A stretch of DNA of 53,085 bases, from the NCBI GenBank assembly GCA_964511175.1, contig CAZEEI010000004.1:93401-146485 (forward strand), written 5' to 3'. Shown here one piece after another: positions 9,565 through 18,996 of this stretch. Position numbers and translations under genes: made by a program. The notes under the pieces were generated by a model. That model saw only the letters and a program-made list of their open reading frames with translations. It did not search any database and was not told the DNA's origin. The first letter of the stretch is position 1; every line of letters starts with the position of its first letter. The DNA is from an uncultured Pseudomonadales bacterium (GTDB lineage: Bacteria > Patescibacteriota > Microgenomatia > UBA1400 > UBA1396).

Positions 9565-10815
9565 ATGCACATTAGCAAGAGCAAATTAGGTTTTAAGATT
9601 GTCACTTATTGTTTAGTGGCAATTTTGGCTGGCTTGATTGGCTTTCGCTTGGGAAAAGGCTTAACTTGGGAACAAATTTTACACCTCACTCGTCAGAGTG
9701 GTATTAGTCAATTAGCGCGTTTACGAGATACCGATCCAGCCATCAGCCAGGGGACTGTCGACTTTTCCCTTTTCTGGGAAGTTTGGTCACGTCTGGAAAG
9801 AGATTACGTTGACCCCTCCCAACTGGATGCCCAAAAAATGGTTTATGGTGCAATTGCCGGTATGACTAGCGCTTTAGGTGACCCCTATACCGTTTTCTTG
9901 CCGCCGGAAACCAAACAGCGCCTCACGGAAGACTTACAAGGAGCTTTTGATGGCGTCGGTATTCAACTAGGCTATCGTGACAATCAACTGGCGGTAATTG
10001 CCCCACTTAAAAATCATCCAGCGGAAAAAGCCGGGGTTAGAGCCGGTGATTATATTCTGCGCATCGTTGACCAGGCTAAGAGCATTGACCGCGACACGGT
10101 GGGGATGAGCGCTGAAGAAGCCGTCACTCTGATTCGTGGTCAAAAAGGCACGCCGGTAACTCTCACCCTCCTAGCTAGTGGCGGTGAGCCGCGAGACGTG
10201 ACTTTAGTGCGGGATGTAATCGAAATTCCCTCTGTGGAAGTAGAGTTTGTTAACCATAACGATCGTTCTTACGCCCTGATCACCTTGAGTCGTTTTGGCG
10301 ACAACACTTATGCGGAGTGGGAAAAAACCATACTGCAGATTCAACAGCAAAATCAAGTTGCCGGCATTATTCTTGACGTACGTAATAATCCGGGCGGCTA
10401 CCTGCAAACAGCCATTGATATTGCCAGCGACTTTATCGATGGCGGCGTAGTGGTATCACAAGTGGGGCGAGCCGCTTCGCAATCATTCACTACCACGCGC
10501 CAGCCACGACTGCAAAAATATCCGGTTGTAGTGCTGGTAAATAAGGGCAGTGCTTCAGCTTCCGAAATTGTGGCTGGCGCTATTCGGGATCGCCGTGAAA
10601 CTAGGTTGATCGGCGAAAAAACTTTCGGCAAAGGTACTGTCCAGGACGCCCAACAATTAATTAATGGTGCCGGACTAAACGTCACCATTGCCCGTTGGTT
10701 ACTACCCTCTGGAGATTCAATTAATCACGAGGGCTTAAACGTCGCCACAGAGGCTGTAGATAACCCGGATACACCAGAGGATGAAGCGCTGGCAATTGCT
10801 TTGCAGGCTTTTTAA
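9565..10815 (+). CDS. S41 family C-terminal processing peptidase
   Basis: N-terminal anchor, PDZ (..PAEKAGVRAGDYILRI..), catalytic VVLVNKGSASASEIVAGAIRD and GEKTFGKGTVQ. Confidence 0.9.
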   Translation: MHISKSKLGFKIVTYCLVAILAGLIGFRLGKGLTWEQILHLTRQSGISQLARLRDTDPAISQGTVDFSLFWEVWSRLERDYVDPSQLDAQKMVYGAIAGMTSALGDPYTVFLPPETKQRLTEDLQGAFDGVGIQLGYRDNQLAVIAPLKNHPAEKAGVRAGDYILRIVDQAKSIDRDTVGMSAEEAVTLIRGQKGTPVTLTLLASGGEPRDVTLVRDVIEIPSVEVEFVNHNDRSYALITLSRFGDNTYAEWEKTILQIQQQNQVAGIILDVRNNPGGYLQTAIDIASDFIDGGVVVSQVGRAASQSFTTTRQPRLQKYPVVVLVNKGSASASEIVAGAIRDRRETRLIGEKTFGKGTVQDAQQLINGAGLNVTIARWLLPSGDSINHEGLNVATEAVDNPDTPEDEALAIALQAF

Positions 10816-10824
10816 AATACGATT

Positions 10825-12003
10825 ATGACTACACCGCGTTGGCATTGGTCCAGTTTCGTCTTTGGCTTGGCCATATCGGTTCTGATCCTGATTTCCGCTC
10901 TAGGTGGAGCCGTCGCTGATCGTTTATTTGTGATTAAGCCGTTGGATCGTTTTTCGCCGCGCTACACTAGCTCTGCCCAACCAACTTTGCCCAACCCAGC
11001 CATTAATGTTGTCGAACCAACCATTAAAGTAGCCGAGTCCAGTCGTAACTCGGTGGTGACCATTGCCGCCAAACATACAGTTACTCCCCAGCCCTGGTCT
11101 TTTCTCTTCGCGCAACCCAATACGGAAACCAGTCAAACTGTGCAACAGGATATCGGTAGTGGTTTTTCGGTAGCCGAAAGCGACGGCCTGATCGTTACCA
11201 ACCGCCATGTAGTAGCCGATCCGCAGTCGGAGTACAGCGTTTTTGACGCCGCTGGCACTGAATACCAAGTCCAGCAAATTTATCGTGATCCGATCAATGA
11301 CCTCGCCATTTTAGCCACTTCCGCCCACTTGCCGGCTCTCAATATGGCTGACAGTGATCAAGTTAAGGTAGGCCAAACCGTTATTGCCATTGGCACCGCC
11401 TTAGGTGAGTTCCGCCAAACCGTTACCGCCGGCGTAATCTCCGGATTAGGAAGAGGTATTGAGGCTAGTGATGGTTTTTCTGCCGAAAAAATTGACAACT
11501 TAATTCAGACTGATGCCGCCATCAATCCGGGAAATTCGGGTGGTCCACTGCTTAACACTCAGGGTGAAGTGATTGGGGTAAACGTCGCCATGGCTCAAGC
11601 TCAAAATATCAGTTTTGCCCTACCGATTAACATTGTGAGTGATTCTTTGGCTAACTTTAACCAGACTGGTCGCTTTGATCGGCCGCTATTGGGAGTGGAA
11701 TATAAACTGATTCCAGCGGAAACAGCTGTACTCAACAATATACCCCAGGGAGCTTACATAGTAGCGGTTTTAGCCGACAGTACAGCAGCGACAATGAATG
11801 TCCAAGTGGGCGATATCCTGACTAAAATTAACGGTCAAGCCATTAAAGATCTCAGTGATGGTATTCCCGGTGTAATCAATCAGCAAAAAATTGGCGATCC
11901 CATTACGCTGGAAGTTTGGCGTAATCAACAAACCCAAACTTTGTCCGGCAGCCTAAAGTCAGCGGTTAGTTCCCCGGCCGGAGACGACCAAAAGCCGGCT
12001 TAA
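10825..12003 (+). CDS. HtrA/DegP-type trypsin-like serine protease with C-terminal PDZ
   Basis: Catalytic triad contexts TNRHVV, NDLAIL, GNSGGPLL. PDZ-like tail (..VQVGDILTKINGQAI..). N-terminal membrane anchor. Confidence 0.85.
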   Translation: MTTPRWHWSSFVFGLAISVLILISALGGAVADRLFVIKPLDRFSPRYTSSAQPTLPNPAINVVEPTIKVAESSRNSVVTIAAKHTVTPQPWSFLFAQPNTETSQTVQQDIGSGFSVAESDGLIVTNRHVVADPQSEYSVFDAAGTEYQVQQIYRDPINDLAILATSAHLPALNMADSDQVKVGQTVIAIGTALGEFRQTVTAGVISGLGRGIEASDGFSAEKIDNLIQTDAAINPGNSGGPLLNTQGEVIGVNVAMAQAQNISFALPINIVSDSLANFNQTGRFDRPLLGVEYKLIPAETAVLNNIPQGAYIVAVLADSTAATMNVQVGDILTKINGQAIKDLSDGIPGVINQQKIGDPITLEVWRNQQTQTLSGSLKSAVSSPAGDDQKPA

Positions 12004-13441
12004 CCAGTTGGTAGGCTTCGATTATTTGCGCCATTGCAATTTTAACTTCCGCTAAGTCGGCCAGCGTCTGGGCTACCCGCCACAGTTTTAGCCGCCGTCG
12101 CAAGGACCAAGATCGGATGAGGTGTGGTGGCAATGGTAGGCGAAAATTACAGCCCAATTTAACCAAATCTTCCTGAGAATATTGGCGGGCAAACTCCGGT
12201 AAACCTAACTTTTGCCGTGCTTCCTGCTGTCGCCTAACCCGGGTAATTGAACGCTGTAATTGTTGTAGCTGGTCAACTGACCAATCCGTCCGATCGGTGG
12301 TGATAACCCGCAGCTGCAGATCTAAACGGTCAAGTACTGGTCCGGATAGACGTTGAATGTATTTGGCAATCTCCTTAGATTGGCAGCGGCAGTGCTGCTC
12401 CCCGTAGTAACCGCAAGGGCAGGGGTTGGCGGTAGCAATCAAAGTGAATAAACAAGGCAAAGTCCAAGCCCCACTTTCCCGCACTAAAGTAATATTTTCT
12501 TCTTCTAATGGCTGGCGCAGTGCTTCTAGGCAGGAGCGGGAAAACTCCGGTAATTCGTCGCAAAAAAGCACACCGCGGTGCGCCCAAGAAACAGCTCCCG
12601 GCTTCACCATCCGCCCGCCACCCATTAGACCCGCCAAGGTAGCGGTATGATACGGCGCTATTAAACGGCGATCTGAGTATGGCTGGTTGTGCCAAATGCT
12701 GGCCTGGACGCGCCGTTCGTTTTGTTGTGCCGGTGTTTCGTCCGGCAATAACATTTCAGCCAGGTGTTTAGTGTAAGTTTTGCCCACACCGGGACTACCA
12801 AACAAAAGGAGATGGTGACCGCCAGCCAAAGCGATGCTTAAAACACGCAGCAGCTGCCGTGAAACACATTCCGGGTGGTAATGATGCGGCGTTGGGGGTA
12901 AAACTGGTTGCTGGCGATAACTAAACGGCAGTAAACAACTCGTTCCGGATAAACTTTGGTAAATTTCCGGCAAAGTATTGGCTAAAAATAATTTGGTTGA
13001 AGATAAGTTCAGTGGTAAAACCAAATTAGCGCAGTCGGCGGGCGCCAAGCACTTGCCGGGCGGTAAGCTACCCAGTAAACCGGTGTATTCCGACCCAGCG
13101 TGCAATTGACCGTCTAGACCCAATTCACCAATTGCCGCCCAATTATCCAGCGGTACCATTTTTTGCACCATTAAAATACCTAGTGCAATAGCCAAATCCA
13201 GGCTAGAACCACTTTTAGGCACTGCTACTGGCCGCAAACTAATGACTAGACGCTGGCGAGGTAATTTAAGGTTAAGACTACGCAGTGCCGAAAACACCCG
13301 GTCCCGGCTTTCCAAAATGGAGGCTTGGGGTAAACCGATTAAGGAAACCGTGGGTAGAGAGGTGTGGGAACTTTCCACTTCGACCACCACTGGTTGAATA
13401 GTCGGTCCAGACACTACGGCTGAAAAAACGCGGGCAAACAT
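11966..13441 (-). CDS. comM: YifB/ComM family Mg-chelatase-like AAA+ ATPase
   Basis: N-terminal Lon-protease-like ChlI region (..SGSSLDLAIALGIL..), Walker A GSPGVGKT, Cys cluster CPCGYYGEQHCRC. Convergent 38-nt overlap with the protease gene. Confidence 0.9.
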   Translation of the reverse strand: MFARVFSAVVSGPTIQPVVVEVESSHTSLPTVSLIGLPQASILESRDRVFSALRSLNLKLPRQRLVISLRPVAVPKSGSSLDLAIALGILMVQKMVPLDNWAAIGELGLDGQLHAGSEYTGLLGSLPPGKCLAPADCANLVLPLNLSSTKLFLANTLPEIYQSLSGTSCLLPFSYRQQPVLPPTPHHYHPECVSRQLLRVLSIALAGGHHLLLFGSPGVGKTYTKHLAEMLLPDETPAQQNERRVQASIWHNQPYSDRRLIAPYHTATLAGLMGGGRMVKPGAVSWAHRGVLFCDELPEFSRSCLEALRQPLEEENITLVRESGAWTLPCLFTLIATANPCPCGYYGEQHCRCQSKEIAKYIQRLSGPVLDRLDLQLRVITTDRTDWSVDQLQQLQRSITRVRRQQEARQKLGLPEFARQYSQEDLVKLGCNFRLPLPPHLIRSWSLRRRLKLWRVAQTLADLAEVKIAMAQIIEAYQLVKPAFGRLRPGN

Positions 13442-13450
13442 ACCTTCTAT

Positions 13451-14290
13451 TTAGACAAACAAAAATGACACAATACTGACCAAAACTAAGTACCAAGCAA
13501 AGATTTCCAGACGAGAATGCTTGATCGTATATTCCAATAAACGCAGCGCTAAAAAGCCCACTATGCCCGCTGTCACGGTAGCAATGGAGACCGCCATCCA
13601 CGGTACACTCTGCCAAGTACCCTCAGTTAGCAACTGCATCCCATCCAAACCAATAGCGCCTAATACAGCCGGCACACTCATAATAAAGGCAAACTCAAAG
13701 GCGGCCACCCGAGGCAAACCCACTAGTAAACCGGCAAAGAGAGTTGATCCGGAACGAGAAACTCCCGGCAAAATAGCGATAGCCTGAAAAAGACCAATTA
13801 GTAACGCCTGCAGGCGGTTGGGCGCCGGTAGTTTATAGCGCAACTTAAAGGTGTCGGCTAAATTAACTAAACATTCGCTGGTAATTTGCCAAATCCTACC
13901 CAACTGGTCTGTCTGATCTTCCTGGGACAGTAATCGGTCAGCAATAAACATATAAAAAGCCGACAAAAGGAACATTAAAGCTAAGACTGCCCCCGAAAAA
14001 CGGTTTTGGTCAAAATATGGCTTAAGTAAAAACCCAACGATCGCGGCTGGTACAGTGGCGATTACAATTTGAGTTAAGTATTTGCGCGACAAATGCAGAA
14101 TCTGGCGACGAAAATAGTAGAGCAGAGCAACGAGGGTGCCTAAGTTAACCATAATATCGAAAGAAAAAGGCACCGACACCTGCAACCAGTGCTCCAAAAC
14201 CGCTAAGTGGCCCGAACTGGAGACCGGCAGAAACTCGGTCAGACCCTGTACTGCTCCCAGTAAAACCGCTTTCCACCAAGGTAATTGCAT
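13451..14290 (-). CDS. uppP: Undecaprenyl-diphosphate phosphatase
   Basis: GLTEFLPVSSSGHL and PGVSRSGSTL signature motifs. Polytopic membrane protein. Confidence 0.9.
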   Translation of the reverse strand: MQLPWWKAVLLGAVQGLTEFLPVSSSGHLAVLEHWLQVSVPFSFDIMVNLGTLVALLYYFRRQILHLSRKYLTQIVIATVPAAIVGFLLKPYFDQNRFSGAVLALMFLLSAFYMFIADRLLSQEDQTDQLGRIWQITSECLVNLADTFKLRYKLPAPNRLQALLIGLFQAIAILPGVSRSGSTLFAGLLVGLPRVAAFEFAFIMSVPAVLGAIGLDGMQLLTEGTWQSVPWMAVSIATVTAGIVGFLALRLLEYTIKHSRLEIFAWYLVLVSIVSFLFV

Positions 14291-14293
14291 AGA

Positions 14294-15007
14294 TTAGTTA
14301 GAGCGGCGACGCTCTTTTTCCTCGCTAACCATCGAGGCCAGTGACTCGCACACCAAATCCTTGGCACCCAAACCGATGGCCAGGCCAATGGACAAGGCCG
14401 TAGCCAACACAAAACCGGCAAATAGAACCAAAATGAAGTCGCTGGCAATACCTAATTCGGACAAAGCAATTAGGCCAAAAATAGACAAAGTTAGATAGCT
14501 AGCTAACGTCCCAGCCAGTACGGCTTGCTGAGGAACTAAGCGCTTAAATTGTTTTTTCACTAACCGTTCAATCACCCCAGAAATTACAATGCCAAAACCA
14601 AAGACAATCAGCGCCGACAAGACCATGGGAAGATAACCTAAAATCAGCGTTACCAGGTTAGTAAACAGGGTAATACCCAGAATCTCACCAGCCACCGAAA
14701 GGAAAATCAGCATAATGATCCAAAAAATGAGGCTGGAAAAAACACCGGAGCCCTTCAACACTTGTGTAGTATCAAATAAAGCACCTAAAGGTGAATCCGC
14801 CACCGCCTTACGCCCAATTAAAGCTTTAGTGACGTGACGCACTGCAGCCGTAATGTGTCGAGCAAAAAAAACCCCTGCCAACAAAACCAGAATACTCAAA
14901 CTCAAACGCATTACCGATTCATATACGGCTACCATTTCCGTCGAATTAAGAGCAGTGGGAGAAAACCAAGTGGTTAACATAAAACCATTGTACAAACGTA
15001 TCGGCAA
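14294..15007 (-). CDS. Integral membrane protein, function unknown
   Basis: About five hydrophobic helices and a charged C-terminal tail. The ORF-track start at 15007 is a TTG. The first ATG is at 14980, directly preceded by TTGTACAAT. Confidence 0.5.
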   Translation of the reverse strand: MPIRLYNGFMLTTWFSPTALNSTEMVAVYESVMRLSLSILVLLAGVFFARHITAAVRHVTKALIGRKAVADSPLGALFDTTQVLKGSGVFSSLIFWIIMLIFLSVAGEILGITLFTNLVTLILGYLPMVLSALIVFGFGIVISGVIERLVKKQFKRLVPQQAVLAGTLASYLTLSIFGLIALSELGIASDFILVLFAGFVLATALSIGLAIGLGAKDLVCESLASMVSEEKERRRSN

Positions 15008-15021
15008 CTCGACAATAGTGA

Positions 15022-16824
15022 TTACGTAACTTGGTTAATTGCCGCACGTAGTTGAGTCCAAGTCAGGGTATTGATCACTGCCTCCGCTGGCAGCCACCCA
15101 CGCCGCGCCACCCAAACACCGTAACGCATAAAATCCAAATGAGCCACCGCGTGGGCATCGGTGTTAATAGCCAAACGGAGACCACGTTCCCGCGCTAAAC
15201 GAACCAAGGAATCGGGTAAATCCAAGCGCCAGGGCGAGGCGTTAATTTCAATAATTTTATGCTGGCGGGCACATACTTCCCAAATCTCTTCCCAATCAAA
15301 ACTCAAACCTTGCCGCTCCCGAATCAGACGACCGGTGGGGTGTCCCCAAATAGTCGCTTTAGGATGCTGAAGCGCTTGCTTGATACGACGGGTAGCGTCA
15401 CTTTTAGACTGATTAAAAGCCGAATGTATTGAAACAACCGTGTAATCCAATAAATCTAACGCTCGGTCTTCCAAAGCCAGAGAGCCATCTGGCCGAATAT
15501 CGACTTCTAAACCTTTTAGAACATAAAATTTCTTGCTGGGGTGTGTTGCTTGCCATTTTTCCAGAGCGCGGTCAATTTGTTCGTTGCGGCGTTGCACAAA
15601 CCGGTAGCGATCGGCGACAGATAAGCCAGTAGCTTTAGGTTGGTGATCGGAAATACCTAAATACTGATAACCCTTCGCCATAGCAGCGTCAAATAGCGCC
15701 GTCAACGAACTTTCACCAATGTCATGGCTGCTAGGCCAGTCCAAGTTGGAATGAAGGTGCAGGTCGCCTTTAATCATTGTTTCGTCTAACAACTGGGGCA
15801 ACTGGTGTTTTTGCGCTGCCTCAATTTCGCCAGCATCCTCCCTTAATTCCGGTGGGATGTAAGTCATACCGAGGGCTTGGTAAAAATCGGTCTCATCGGT
15901 AAAGTAATTTAAGCGCTCTCCCTTTTTGATACCATACTCGGAAAGGGAAAGACCTTTCTCTTTAGCTAAAGTACGTAAGTGAATGTTGTGTGCCTTAGAA
16001 CCGGTATAGTGCTGAAGCATACTGCCCCAACCCCGCGACTGGTGTATTTTAACGTCGACTTGTTTCCCTGAACGATGAATAAAGGAGGCGGTGTTTTCAC
16101 CTGATGCTATCCACCGCCGCACGTGATCAAACTTGTGGAGGTGAGCGAGTACAACTGCAGGATGTTCCGATTTCACACCAATATCGATATCGCCAACGGT
16201 GGCACTGCGGCGGCGCAAACTACCTAGCGCCGCTGTCTCCTTAACCGCCGGAATAGTTTGCAAAAAAGCCATTACGTCTTGAGCAATGGCGGCGGCGTCC
16301 GGTAAAAAGAGTCGCTCTTCCTCCTGAGCCGAGTGTTTTTGGGTTAGAACGCTCATTAACATTGCGGCTGTTTTGGGGCCAATTCCTTCAATTTCTGCCA
16401 ATCGACCCTGGCGCGCCGCGGTTAATAACTTTGACCGAGCCGAACGCGCTGTAGTTAGTTTTAATTCTTTGGCTAATTTAAAAGCGGTTTTGGGACCAAC
16501 CTCTGGCAAACCCAACAAAGCAAACATACCTGCCGGCAACTTTTTCTTTACTTGGTCAAAGTGTTTAACTTTACCAGTGCGGAACAACTCGTCCAAGTGG
16601 CTAGTTAGGCTTTCACCTAAACCAGCGACCTCATCCAAACGGTTCTGTTCCCACAGGTCACTTAAGTTAGCGCCCAAGTGGTCGATACTCTCCGCTGCAT
16701 TCTGGTAGGCGCGTACCCGAAAAAAATCAGCACCTTCGACCTCATAGGCAGCGGCCATATGGCGTAACTGGTCGGCTACCTGGGCGTTGGTGAAATTATG
16801 CTGGTGCGGCATAAGTATTTTCAT
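15022..16824 (-). CDS. polX: Family X DNA polymerase with C-terminal PHP phosphoesterase domain (PolX)
   Basis: N-terminal HhH repeats (..LPEVGPKTAFKL.., ..IEGIGPKTAAML..), nucleotidyltransferase GDIDI, PHP motifs (GDLHLHSNLDW, ISDH, INTDAH). Confidence 0.9.
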   Translation of the reverse strand: MKILMPHQHNFTNAQVADQLRHMAAAYEVEGADFFRVRAYQNAAESIDHLGANLSDLWEQNRLDEVAGLGESLTSHLDELFRTGKVKHFDQVKKKLPAGMFALLGLPEVGPKTAFKLAKELKLTTARSARSKLLTAARQGRLAEIEGIGPKTAAMLMSVLTQKHSAQEEERLFLPDAAAIAQDVMAFLQTIPAVKETAALGSLRRRSATVGDIDIGVKSEHPAVVLAHLHKFDHVRRWIASGENTASFIHRSGKQVDVKIHQSRGWGSMLQHYTGSKAHNIHLRTLAKEKGLSLSEYGIKKGERLNYFTDETDFYQALGMTYIPPELREDAGEIEAAQKHQLPQLLDETMIKGDLHLHSNLDWPSSHDIGESSLTALFDAAMAKGYQYLGISDHQPKATGLSVADRYRFVQRRNEQIDRALEKWQATHPSKKFYVLKGLEVDIRPDGSLALEDRALDLLDYTVVSIHSAFNQSKSDATRRIKQALQHPKATIWGHPTGRLIRERQGLSFDWEEIWEVCARQHKIIEINASPWRLDLPDSLVRLARERGLRLAINTDAHAVAHLDFMRYGVWVARRGWLPAEAVINTLTWTQLRAAINQVT

Positions 16825-16854
16825 TGTAGCTGATCATGAGCTGGACACATACTT

Positions 16855-16900
16855 CAAAACCGCCAAAACCAACAGTTGTACAATTATGATCTGGTAGAGC
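16855..16900. repeat. Copy of the TTGTACAA-centred intergenic element (between the rnpB terminator and the polX start)
   Basis: CAAAACCGCCAAAACCAACAG-TTGTACAA-TTATGATCTGGTAGAGC. The left arm matches 44181-44201. The right arm matches the reverse complement of 44240-44256. Confidence 0.6.
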
Positions 16901-16917
16901 GTTTCTCGAATACCAAA

Positions 16918-16940
16918 GCGCCGCCCGGTTAGGGCGGCGC
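16918..16940 (-). terminator. Intrinsic terminator hairpin following rnpB
   Basis: Perfect 9-bp GC stem GCGCCGCCC / GGGCGGCGC with a 5-nt loop. On the minus strand it is followed by TTTGGTATT. Confidence 0.5.
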
Positions 16941-16945
16941 GATGT

Positions 16946-17252
16946 TGTTGCTATCCCGGTAAGCCGGATTCTGTTTAGGTGTTCATTTCTCTAGGCCCGC
17001 AGCTTGATCACCCGGACCGAAGTCCAAAGGGAACGCTTCCATTATGGTGAAGGTCGGCGGTTGCGACGGAGAGGATTGCCCCCACGCGAGCGTGGTCCAC
17101 TTGGCGTTTCACCCGGCGTTACCCGGCTCGTCTCTGTGGCTCTAACTGTACCCCGATTGCTCGGGGCCCTGGCTTTGGGCCAGCATCCTGCGTTCAGTCG
17201 TCCGGACTTTCCTCACTCTGCACTAGGCAGAGCGCGAACACTTCGGGACAGC
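16946..17252 (-). ncRNA. rnpB: RNase P RNA, bacterial type A, compact (about 305 nt)
   Basis: The minus strand reads GCUGUCCC..GAGGAAAGUCCGGAC..CCACAGAGA..GGGUGAAA..GGGCCUAGAGAAAUGAAC..ACAGAAUCCGGCUUACCGGGAUAGC. These are universal P4 strands (AGGAAAGUCCGG / ACAGAAUCCGGCUUA). P1 forms between GCUGUCCC (17252-17245) and GGGAUAGC (16957-16950). Confidence 0.9.
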
Positions 17253-17258
17253 TAGAAC

Positions 17259-17264
17259 ATTATA
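17259..17264 (-). promoter_or_regulatory. -10 box of rnpB
   Basis: Minus-strand TATAAT sits 6 nt upstream of the first P1 nucleotide (G at 17252). No convincing -35. Confidence 0.45.
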
Positions 17265-17273
17265 CTACAAGTC

Positions 17274-18323
17274 CTATAACAATTTAGAGTAATCAACAAA
17301 GGGCCCTTTGTCCGGCCAAAGTTCTTTTACTATGGAGCGCACTGTAATGTAAAATGGAATAACCAATAGGGCACCCATCACTCCCAGCAAACGGAAACCA
17401 GCCAACATTAGCAAAATAGTCGTAACTGGTTTGACATCCACTGCGTCCCGCATAATCTTGGGTACAATAAAGTTGTTTTCCAACTGCTGAACTAAGATCG
17501 ACAGCAATAGTACGGCCAAACCAGCCCAGGGACTAACCAAGAAGAAAGCTACTAGCACCGCCGGTATGGCGGCAATCGTGGGACCTAGATTGGGTAGAAT
17601 CTCCAGTAAACCAGCCAGAATGGCCAATGGCAAAGCGTAGGGAATGCCCAGTAAAAACAGGCCTACTTGGGTCATCAAACCAATCACAAACATTAAGGTC
17701 AATTCGCCCCGCACCCAACTGCCCAACTGATCCTGCACTTTATGGAGCAGGAGATAAGCCTGGGTTACTTGTTCTTTTTTACTACCGGGCAAAAGCCAAG
17801 CAAATGAACCAGCCAATTCATCAAAAGAAAGTAAAAGATAAAAAGTTAAAACTAGGGTAGTAGCAAAAACAAAGAAGAAAGAAAAGGTAGAAAAAACAAT
17901 ACTCAGTAAAGTAGTAATTGAACCAGTCACCTGGCTAATAACCGAATTGTAGTCGCGGAAAGAAGTAGCTACCGTCCCCAAGTCCAATTTGGCAAAACCG
18001 TCCAGCTGGAATTCGCCAACACCAACCAAAGCAGATAGACGGGTGATTAGGAGGGCGGTCTCACCCACCAGCGGCGGAATTACTACGGAAAAGAAAACTC
18101 CCAAAACTACTAAAACCAGAATATATAAAGTAGCAATGGTAATCGGCTGAGGCACATGCCGTTTACTGGCCCAAACTACCATTGGCCGAAATGCGGAGGC
18201 CAAGATCAAACTGATAAAAAACAGCATTACCAGACCGCGTAATTGCCAGACTAAGGCAATTCCGCCAACCACACCGATCGTGGCCAAAAGGGGGGTTATA
18301 ATGGAAGCCAAGCGTAATGACAT
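17274..18323 (-). CDS. AI-2E family transporter (PerM/YhhT-like permease)
   Basis: Eight-helix permease pattern with ..LGSWVRGELTLMFVIGLMT..LLEILPNLGPTIAAIPAVLVAF.. Start placed at MSLRLASIITP (18323). The ORF is open to 18425 but that would overlap trmD. Confidence 0.75.
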   Translation of the reverse strand: MSLRLASIITPLLATIGVVGGIALVWQLRGLVMLFFISLILASAFRPMVVWASKRHVPQPITIATLYILVLVVLGVFFSVVIPPLVGETALLITRLSALVGVGEFQLDGFAKLDLGTVATSFRDYNSVISQVTGSITTLLSIVFSTFSFFFVFATTLVLTFYLLLSFDELAGSFAWLLPGSKKEQVTQAYLLLHKVQDQLGSWVRGELTLMFVIGLMTQVGLFLLGIPYALPLAILAGLLEILPNLGPTIAAIPAVLVAFFLVSPWAGLAVLLLSILVQQLENNFIVPKIMRDAVDVKPVTTILLMLAGFRLLGVMGALLVIPFYITVRSIVKELWPDKGPFVDYSKLL

Positions 18324-18339
18324 AGGATCAGTATACAAC

Positions 18340-18996
18340 ATGTTACAAATTGATATTATCACCCTTTTTCCCGAATATTTTGCCAGCCAACTATCGACCA
18401 GTCTGCTGGGCAAAGCAATCACCAACCAAAAAGTAGCGGTTGCCGTGCATGGCTTGCGGGAGTTCGGCGTGGGTAAACATCAATTAACTGATGACCGCCC
18501 GTTTGGCGGCGGTGCCGGCATGGTCATGCTTGTAGAACCTATCGATCAGGCTTTAAGTAGTCTGGGCTATCAAGTCGGCACTAAAAATGAATTGATTTGG
18601 CTAACCTCAGCTAAGGGCCAACTTTTTACCCAAGATCAGGCGCGGCAGGCCGCTAACTTACAACGTCTCTGCTTAATTTGTGGTCATTATGAAGGTGTTG
18701 ATGAACGAGTTGCTCAGTATTTGGTCGATGCGGAAGTGCGGATTGGCGATTATGTTCTTACTGGTGGTGAACCAGCGGCAGCCGTGATCACGGATGCAGT
18801 TGCCCGTCTACAACCAGGTGTGCTGGGCAATGCCAGCAGTCTTCAAGGTGAATCCCATCAGCAACCGGGTGAGTTAGGACACGCCCAATACTCGCGGCCG
18901 GCACAGTACCACGGCTGGACAGTACCGGAAATTTTACTAAGCGGCGATCACACGGCGATCACGGACTTTCGCCAAAAACAACACCGTTCCAGTTAG
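18340..18996 (+). CDS. trmD: tRNA (guanine37-N1)-methyltransferase
   Basis: MLQIDIITLFPEYF.., DDRPFGGGAGMVM, ICGHYEGVDERV, IGDYVLTGGE. The ORF-track start at 18280 adds 20 non-homologous residues. Confidence 0.9.
   Translation: MLQIDIITLFPEYFASQLSTSLLGKAITNQKVAVAVHGLREFGVGKHQLTDDRPFGGGAGMVMLVEPIDQALSSLGYQVGTKNELIWLTSAKGQLFTQDQARQAANLQRLCLICGHYEGVDERVAQYLVDAEVRIGDYVLTGGEPAAAVITDAVARLQPGVLGNASSLQGESHQQPGELGHAQYSRPAQYHGWTVPEILLSGDHTAITDFRQKQHRSS

Noticed and set aside
11966-12003. 38-nt convergent overlap of the HtrA-like gene and comM, and the 0-nt tail-to-tail junction at 37642/37643.
   Set aside because: These are consistent with the generally compact gene packing of the window. There is no evidence of frameshift or mis-assembly.
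12375-12695. ORFs of 106 aa (minus strand) and 74 aa (plus strand) inside comM. Similar nested ORFs occur inside dedA (38245-38626), polX (15161-16708) and other genes.
   Set aside because: All are embedded in genes with clear family motifs in another frame. None has independent start signals.
16876-16883. Reading TTGTACAA simply as a -35 (TTGACA-like) or -10 (TACAAT) promoter hexamer.
   Set aside because: Orientation and spacing to downstream genes are inconsistent between copies. The copy at 37980 points into the 3' end of dedA. No partner hexamer sits at 16-18 bp. Only the copy at 14988 has a plausible -10 position.
17004-17255. 83-aa plus-strand ORF (MITRTEVQRERFHYGEGRRLRRRG..).
   Set aside because: It lies entirely inside the minus-strand RNase P RNA. 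Its Arg/Gly/Pro-rich translation is typical of reading a GC-rich structured RNA gene.
18280-18339. 20-codon N-terminal extension of trmD, and the matching extension of the AI-2E permease ORF to 18425.
   Set aside because: The conserved TrmD N-terminus begins at MLQIDIITLFPEYF (18340). The extensions would make the two divergent genes overlap by about 145 nt.
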